Shown here: positions 57,113 through 64,000 of the stretch, piece after piece | Position numbering within the stretch: position 1 is the first letter of the stretch | Layout: each line of letters starts with the position of its first letter | Assembly (NCBI RefSeq): GCF_009914755.1 | Contig: NC_060926.1 | Reading direction: 5' to 3' (one strand) | Source: the human T2T-CHM13v2.0 reference genome, Homo sapiens | DNA length: 64,000 bases | Notes under the pieces: generated by a model | What the model was told of the DNA's origin: nothing | Databases searched by the model: none | Seen by the model: the letters and a program-made list of their open reading frames with translations, nothing else | Position numbers and translations under genes: made by a program

Positions 57113-58596
57113 TGTGAAGCGAAGAACTGCACCGTCCCTCTCACTGTACCTGTGGTTGTGCCAGGCCAGTGACCTGCAGGATTGCTTCGCAGAAGACCGA
57201 GAAAGGGAACAGCAGCCCCGGCAAGAGGAGAGCAGATCTTGGTGTTCTCCCATTGACCATAAACCATGTCGCAGAATGCCAGCTTTAGACAAGGCCACTC
57301 TATGACTGTGATGAATCAGGGCAAAAACAAGACCCCTCCTGCATGAGATAGGAAAAACAAAACCCTAAACTGACAGTTTTCTTCTACTATCCTCTCAAGA
57401 CAGCACACCACACCGCTGATTCCTGCTGTGTGGGAGTTTCCCCATACACCAAGCAATTCTCCATCAGACACCTACAGAGCGTTCTGCAACTGAGCTCCAT
57501 TCTGACATCATCTACTGGGAGATAGCATCAGACTGTACAAGTGAAGGGCTCAGTCCCACAAGACTGCCCCTGCTTCAGATACCAATTGCAAAAAGTAGGT
57601 TACCCCAACTTCTGTCTGACTTGACTCATTGGAGGTTCCCACGATACCTCCTCAGTTTCGATTAATTTGTTACAGCAGCTCACAGAATTCAGGAACACTT
57701 ACATTTACCAAGGAAATCAATGATATGATAAAGGATAAAGGTGAACAGCCAGGTGAAGGCGTACACAGGGTGAGGTCTGGAAGGCTCCTGAGCATGGGCT
57801 TCCATCCCTGGGGAGCTGAGACATGTTGCCCTCCCAGCAAATAGATGTTTTCTGCCAGCCTGGAAGCTCTCCAAACCCTGTCTTTTAGGGATATCTATGG
57901 AGGCTTCATCACATAGGCATGATGGATCATTAACTCAATCTCTAGCCCCTCTCCCTTCCCCAGAAGATCAGGGGTGGGGCTGAAAGTGCTAGGCTTCTAA
58001 TCATGACTTGGTCTTTCTGGGGACAGACCTTATACAGGGCCCCATGGAGAGCTGCTGCATTGGAACGAAAGATGTTCCTAGGACCCAGGAAATTCTAAGG
58101 TATTAGGAGCTCTGTGTCAGGAACTGGAATAAAGACAGAATATTAGAACAAAAGATGCTCCTAGCACCCCATTGCTTAGGAAACTCCAACGGTTTTAGGA
58201 GCTCTGTGTCAGGAACTGGGGCCAGGGACCAATATATACATATATCTTATTTCACACTCTGTAATCATGTCTGAACTCAAAAACAAGAGCATTGTCCAAG
58301 TCACAAAAATATCAAACATCCCTATATCCTGGCTAACATGAGTGACAGCTGCTTCTTTACCGATTGGACATTTAGCCTCACTTCCTTCCACCTTTCAGCG
58401 AAAAGTCAGTTAAATCCCGGATTATAGAATTACCCCCGCTTCCCAACAGCTTCCAATCCCACTCAAAGCCCAAATCACCCAGCCTTTCAAACATCCTCTC
58501 ACTGAGGTGCCCCGTGGTTCCCCATGCTGTGCGTTCTCCCTTGTCGCACCCACTCAGTAAATCCAACTTTGTTTGTCAGGCTGGAGGGCACCCACA
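57113..58596 (+). mobile_element. MER67-like ERV1 solo LTR, split by MER21
   Basis: gacaaggccactctatgactgtgatgaatcagggcaaaaacaagac[insert]ctctgtaatcatgtctgaac...ggttccccatgctgtgcgttctccct...ggctggagggcacccaca. Confidence 0.7.
57340..58256 (-). mobile_element. MER21-family solo LTR
   Basis: gggctcagtcccacaagactgcccc, tatggaggcttcatcacataggcatgat, duplicated taggagctctgtgtcaggaactgg; antisense homologue of 30814-31656. Confidence 0.88.
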
Positions 58597-58649
58597 GGAC
58601 ATCCCAGACCTCACTTCCACCATGAAGGGTGCAGCACTGGGGACACCCA

Positions 58650-59100
58650 TCATTCATTTGTTCATTCAGCCCATTGAGCCCGAAACCTGCAGGTACTGGG
58701 ACGGGGCTGGGATGCAACAGTCAATGAGACATGGCCCCTGCCCTCAACCACCTGGGTCTTTTCAGCAGACAGACAAGCAAAGGAGCAATTACTGTGCAGC
58801 GAGCATGCGAAGTGCTCAGACAGGCAAGCGGGGCAGATATGGGGGCTCAGGAAGGCCGTAACTGAGTCTGGGTGAATCAGACAAGGCCTGAACAGCTGTT
58901 CACTCAGCACAGGGAGGGGATCGGCATGCGCAGGAGCTGGAGGCCCAGGAAGGCAGAATGATTTCAGGGAGGCCAGGGTGAGAGCCGAGGCTGAAGGGGC
59001 CACCGCCAGAAGGCGCAGGGCCTGGGAAGCCTGGGGTTCTAAGGACTACCCTGGGAGCCATGAGAAGCCACTCAAGCTGTGAGAGGGAAGCAGCAGCACC
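58650..59100 (-). mobile_element. L2 fragment
   Basis: cattcatttgttcattcagcccattgagc...gggatgcaacagtcaatgagacatggcccctgccctc. Confidence 0.6.
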
Positions 59101-59554
59101 AGTTTTGTTTTTTGGGAGGTTCACTCCGGCCGAGGGGTGGGGAAGTTATTGGTGGGGGGGGTCGCTTGCAGCCATCCAGGTGCCGGGGATTGTGGCCTGC
59201 GCCCTGGCTATGGGGATGCTGAGAAGTGGGTGGATTTGAGCTGATGGGACTTGGTGGTGGGCAGCATGCAGCCAGTGAGCGGGGCCCAGGGCGACACCCA
59301 GCCTCTGGCTGCTGTGACTGGTGAGTGGGGGCCACTTTTGAGGAGGGAGTTGTTCCAAGACTATGCTGATGCCTGAACAACTTGGAGGGAGGAAGGGCAG
59401 GCATTGGGACTGATTGTCATGAGAGGGGTTGCTCTGGGCCGGCAGCCAACCAGAACATGAGGCCACTGACCTCAAGAACAAGGAGACTGTGCTGGAAGGA
59501 GCAAAGGTGCCCAGAGAGAAGCCACACCAGCAGCAGCCAGCATGCTCCAGCATG

Positions 59555-59700
59555 CAGTCCTGAGCAGTCTTCTCACCTGCGAAGTAGGAGTGGTAACTTC
59601 TACCCTGCAGGGCGCTGGTGGTATTACACAAGACCGTGTGGAGAGATCATCTAGCCCAAAGCCTGGCACACAGGAGGTGTTGAGAAATGTCATTGGTATT
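59555..59700 (+). mobile_element. MIR fragment
   Basis: cagtcttctcacctgcgaagtaggagtggtaacttctaccctgcagggc...gcctggcacacaggagg. Confidence 0.65.
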
Positions 59701-60045
59701 TTCTCCTTAATTCTTAGCTCTAGCTTGGCCTATTGTTATGATTATTATTTGCTTTCGGTTTACTATTTTTTGAGCATACTGTGGCTTCCTTCTATATTCC
59801 CAAATTCTCTCCTGCTCTGTTTCTGATAGGAGGACAGAACCTCGCACATGCTCCACTCCTGAGATATCCCCTTTCTCCCTCCCTGTTCAGCCTCCCTAGA
59901 ACTATTTGGGGATGAGCAGACCCCAACAACTCTGTAGTTTCAGGCTGGCAGCTACTCCCAAGCTTCCCAGCTCCTCAGGGCACAGGTTCATGAGAGGCCT
60001 GAGCCTCCATTATTTGGAATAGACAATCTCTTTTGCTTTGCTTCA

Positions 60046-60500
<455 letters not shown>

Positions 60501-61645
60501 TCACCCTTTGGGAGGCTGAGACCCGGGGACTCTTTTCTCCAGGAGAAGCTCTGCAGACTCTGTATTTGTCATCCTTGCTTTTCCCCCAAGACCCCAGGCC
60601 CTGTCTGTTCAGGCTCCTGGGCCCATGTTCTTTCAGATGGGTGTCCCGGCCGGTGGAGTAGTGATGGCTGCAGGCAGACAGGTCAGGGAGCAATGGAAAC
60701 ATAGGTTATTAGGGGGACCCTGTTGGGTGGTGCTGATGATGTTGACAAGAGACTGGAGATAGTCTATGCCTCCACCTTGGGATTCAGTCTTTTCCCGCTC
60801 ACCCATCCTTCTCTGTCCCTGCTTCTCTTCTCCCTGGTTTTTGGTAAGTGTCACTGTCAGAGGCCAGGCTCTGGGAAAGGAGCACTCACTTCCTTGTTCC
60901 TCTCTAATCTCCTTTCTGGCCATTATGGTGCTGGGCTTTATAAACATACAAAGTTTCCTACTAATCCTCAAGTTCTTCTTCACATTTAGACATGAGTGAC
61001 CCATTATTACTTCAGTGTCAACTCATTCATAGGAAGCTGCGTTGCTACCAATATTTAATTCTAAGTAGGTAAAACGTGCTTACTAGGGAATGACTTCTGC
61101 GGGATGTCTGCATATCAGTGGGACTCCGAATTGGGAAACTGGGAAAGCTAGAGCTAGAAAGCAAGCAAGAGACCGCTAGGAAAGCATAGAGTTCTGGGAC
61201 CCACGAGGAGGTGGGGGAAGCATCAGAGGTGAAGGAGACAGTCTCTGTCCTTACAGAACAATCTCCAGAGGTAGAGGAGAAGCCGTTAGCCTGACTCGGT
61301 GGCTTGACAGACAGGGGTGTGGTGGATGGGTGCCTGGGTTTGGTGGCAGCAAAAGGAAATTGCTGTGGGCCTGAGCCGGACACGGAAGTGATGGAACCTC
61401 CTAGGGTTGCGGGGGAGGGCGAGGACCAGGGAGAGCTGCAGGAAGGAGTAGAAGAGAGCACAGTGAGAAGCTGAGCGAGGCCCATCTGGCTTCTGCCAGG
61501 CACTGCCTTCAGGAAAGGAAACCCCCCCACCACCGAGCTCCAGCTGGCTATGATGTGAAGCGGGGTAAGAGGAGTTATTCACAGGCTGTTTTGAAGAGCT
61601 GCTGGGGTAATGTAAGTGAAAGCATCTAGCAACCAACCAGTAAAC

Positions 61646-61839
61646 CAGTGGTCCCCAAACCTCATTGTGCATCCGAGTCACCCAGAGGGCTCTCAGAGCA
61701 CACCTGGCTGGGCCCCACCCTGAGTTTCTGAGTCTGCAGGTCTAGGGTGGAATTCACAGCTCTAGAAAGTTCTCAGGTGACACTGATGCTGCTGCCCCAC
61801 CCTCTCCCCACCCCCAGGACCACACCTTGAGAAGCACAG
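61646..61839. mobile_element. MER5A-like hAT-Charlie MITE
   Basis: cagtggtccccaaac...gctgggccccaccctgagtttctgagtc...ggaccacaccttgagaagcac. Confidence 0.75.
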
Positions 61840-61876
61840 TTGTAAAGGTTAGAGGCTGGAGAAAGGGAAAGTGGTA

Positions 61877-62503
<627 letters not shown>

Positions 62504-63251
62504 CATCTATTTAATGTTTTTGTGCCATTAACCAAATTCAGTTTAAAAGACACACACTGTCTTTTCTTCTGTCTAGTTATTGTACCTGATAATTACACCC
62601 GTAGGAATAAACAAATATGGACTTTTGGGATCAATTTATCCTAAAGTTTTTGCATCATCAAGTAGAGACTAAGCTCCATTTTGGTGGCTAGTAACTGAAA
62701 TCCACTTGAGCTGGCTTAAGCATCGAAGGAGAATTTATTCTAAAGACTGTTCATCTGCCCTCTGTCTGCTCTGTAGACCAACTTTCTCTGCTTCCCAAGC
62801 CATACAATGGCAGGAGAAGGATTCTCATTGGCTTAGCTTTAGTCAGTTTTCCAACCACTGCCCCATCAATCACCTGTGACTAGCAAGGGTGAGGTCTCAT
62901 AGAATCTATAAGTAAGCTTTCATTGTAACCAGGGGGATAGAAGGTGGGGCTAGGGGCAGATGAAACAAGAGGAAGACTGCAGATACGAATAAAGTGGGCT
63001 GTTCTGGTTGAAGGAGCTGGCTTCCTATGTAGCCCAGCACTGGGTACGTGGGCTTTGCTAAATGTTACATAAATTAAATGCAGTTATTCTTAGAAAACTC
63101 CTGGGACTATGTGTTAGGCATGTTTTTGTGCAAAGAACAATGATTTAATAACTGTACTGAACAAATGCATAGATGGAAAATTCAAGAGGCAGGTTTTCGA
63201 CTTTGTGTCCGTCACTATGATTTACTTAAGCGTATCCTTAAGAATCCTTTT

Positions 63252-64000
63252 CCCTCTCCCTCTCCCTCTCCTTCTCCCTCTCCCCCTCCCTCTCCCTCTC
63301 CCCACGGTCTCCCTCTCTTTCCACGGTCTCCCTCTCATGCGGAGCCAAAGCTGGACTGTACTGCTGCCATCTCGGCTCACTGCAACCTCCCTGCCTGATT
63401 CTCCTGCCTCAGCCTGCCGAGTGCCTGCGATTGCAGGCACGCGCCGCCACGCCTGACTGGTTTTGGTGGAGACGGGGTTTCGCTGTGTTGGCCGGCCGGT
63501 CTCCAGCCCCTAACCGCGAGTGATCCGCCAGCCTCGGCCTCCCGAGGTGCCGGGATTGCAGATGGAGTCTCGTTCACTCAGTGCTCAATGGTGCCCAGGC
63601 TGGAGTGCAGTGGCGTGATCTCGGCTCGCTACAACCTACACCTCCCAGCCACCTGCCTTGGCCTCCCAAAGTGCCGAGATTGCAGCCTCTGCCCGGCCGC
63701 CACCCCGTCTGGGAAGTGAGGAGTGTCTCTGCCTGGCCGTCCATCGTCTGGGATGTGAGGAGCCCCTCTGTCTGGCTGCCCAGTCTGGAAAGTGAGGAGC
63801 GTCTCCGCCCGGCCGCCATCCCATCTAGGAAGTGAGGAGCGCCTCTTCCCGGCCGCCATCACATCTAGGAAGTGAGGAGCGTCTCTGCCCGGCCACCCAT
63901 CGTCTGAGATGTGGGGAGCGCCTCTGCCCCGCCGCCCCATCTGGGATGTGAGGAGCGCCTCTGCCTGGCCGCGACCCCGTCTGGGAGGTGAGGAGCGTCT
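63252..64000 (+). mobile_element. SVA retrotransposon, SVA_F-like; intact 5' end, cut by the window edge
   Basis: Eight (CCCTCT)-type hexamers 63252-63299, antisense Alu-like domain, then GC-rich ~37-40 bp VNTR units (gtgaggagcgtctctgcccggccgcc); ctctcatgcggagcc, tggttttggtggagac, cagcccctaacc and acaacctacacc match recalled SVA_F variants. Confidence 0.95.

Noticed and set aside
58085-58225. Direct repeat taggagctctgtgtcaggaactgg
   Set aside because: As recalled, an intrinsic internal duplication of MER21-family LTRs rather than a local novelty.
61045-61681. 162-aa and 131-aa Ser/Pro-rich minus-strand ORFs
   Set aside because: Low-complexity translations of purine-rich sequence with no domain or exon signals.
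63165-63940. Cluster of ORFs and high CpG density at the right end
   Set aside because: Fully explained by the SVA hexamer, Alu-like and VNTR domains; not a gene or a host CpG-island promoter.

Overview
Primate, almost certainly human, intergenic or deep-intronic DNA. It holds about 25 Alus (J/S/Y), old L1M/L2/MIR fragments, many solo LTRs (MaLR, ERVL, ERV1), hAT and Tigger DNA-transposon fossils, one 5'-truncated L1PA, and the intact 5' end of an SVA (F-like, a human-specific subfamily) running off the right edge. I cannot support any host protein-coding exon, RNA gene, CpG island or CRISPR array. The supplied ORFs are Alu, microsatellite or chance frames, except three transposon remnants (Tigger3 transposase tail, L1 ORF1p, L1 ORF2p C-terminus). 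I found no convincing novel biological system. The best leads are (1) an Alu apparently retrotransposed together with 188 bp of foreign upstream sequence inside one TSD pair (23532-24057), (2) the young SVA, (3) several nested insertions that can be ordered by their TSDs, and (4) repeat-free blocks with PBX/MEIS/HOX-type motif clusters. Subfamily names come from recalled consensus sequences, not a database search. Boundaries without TSDs are approximate.
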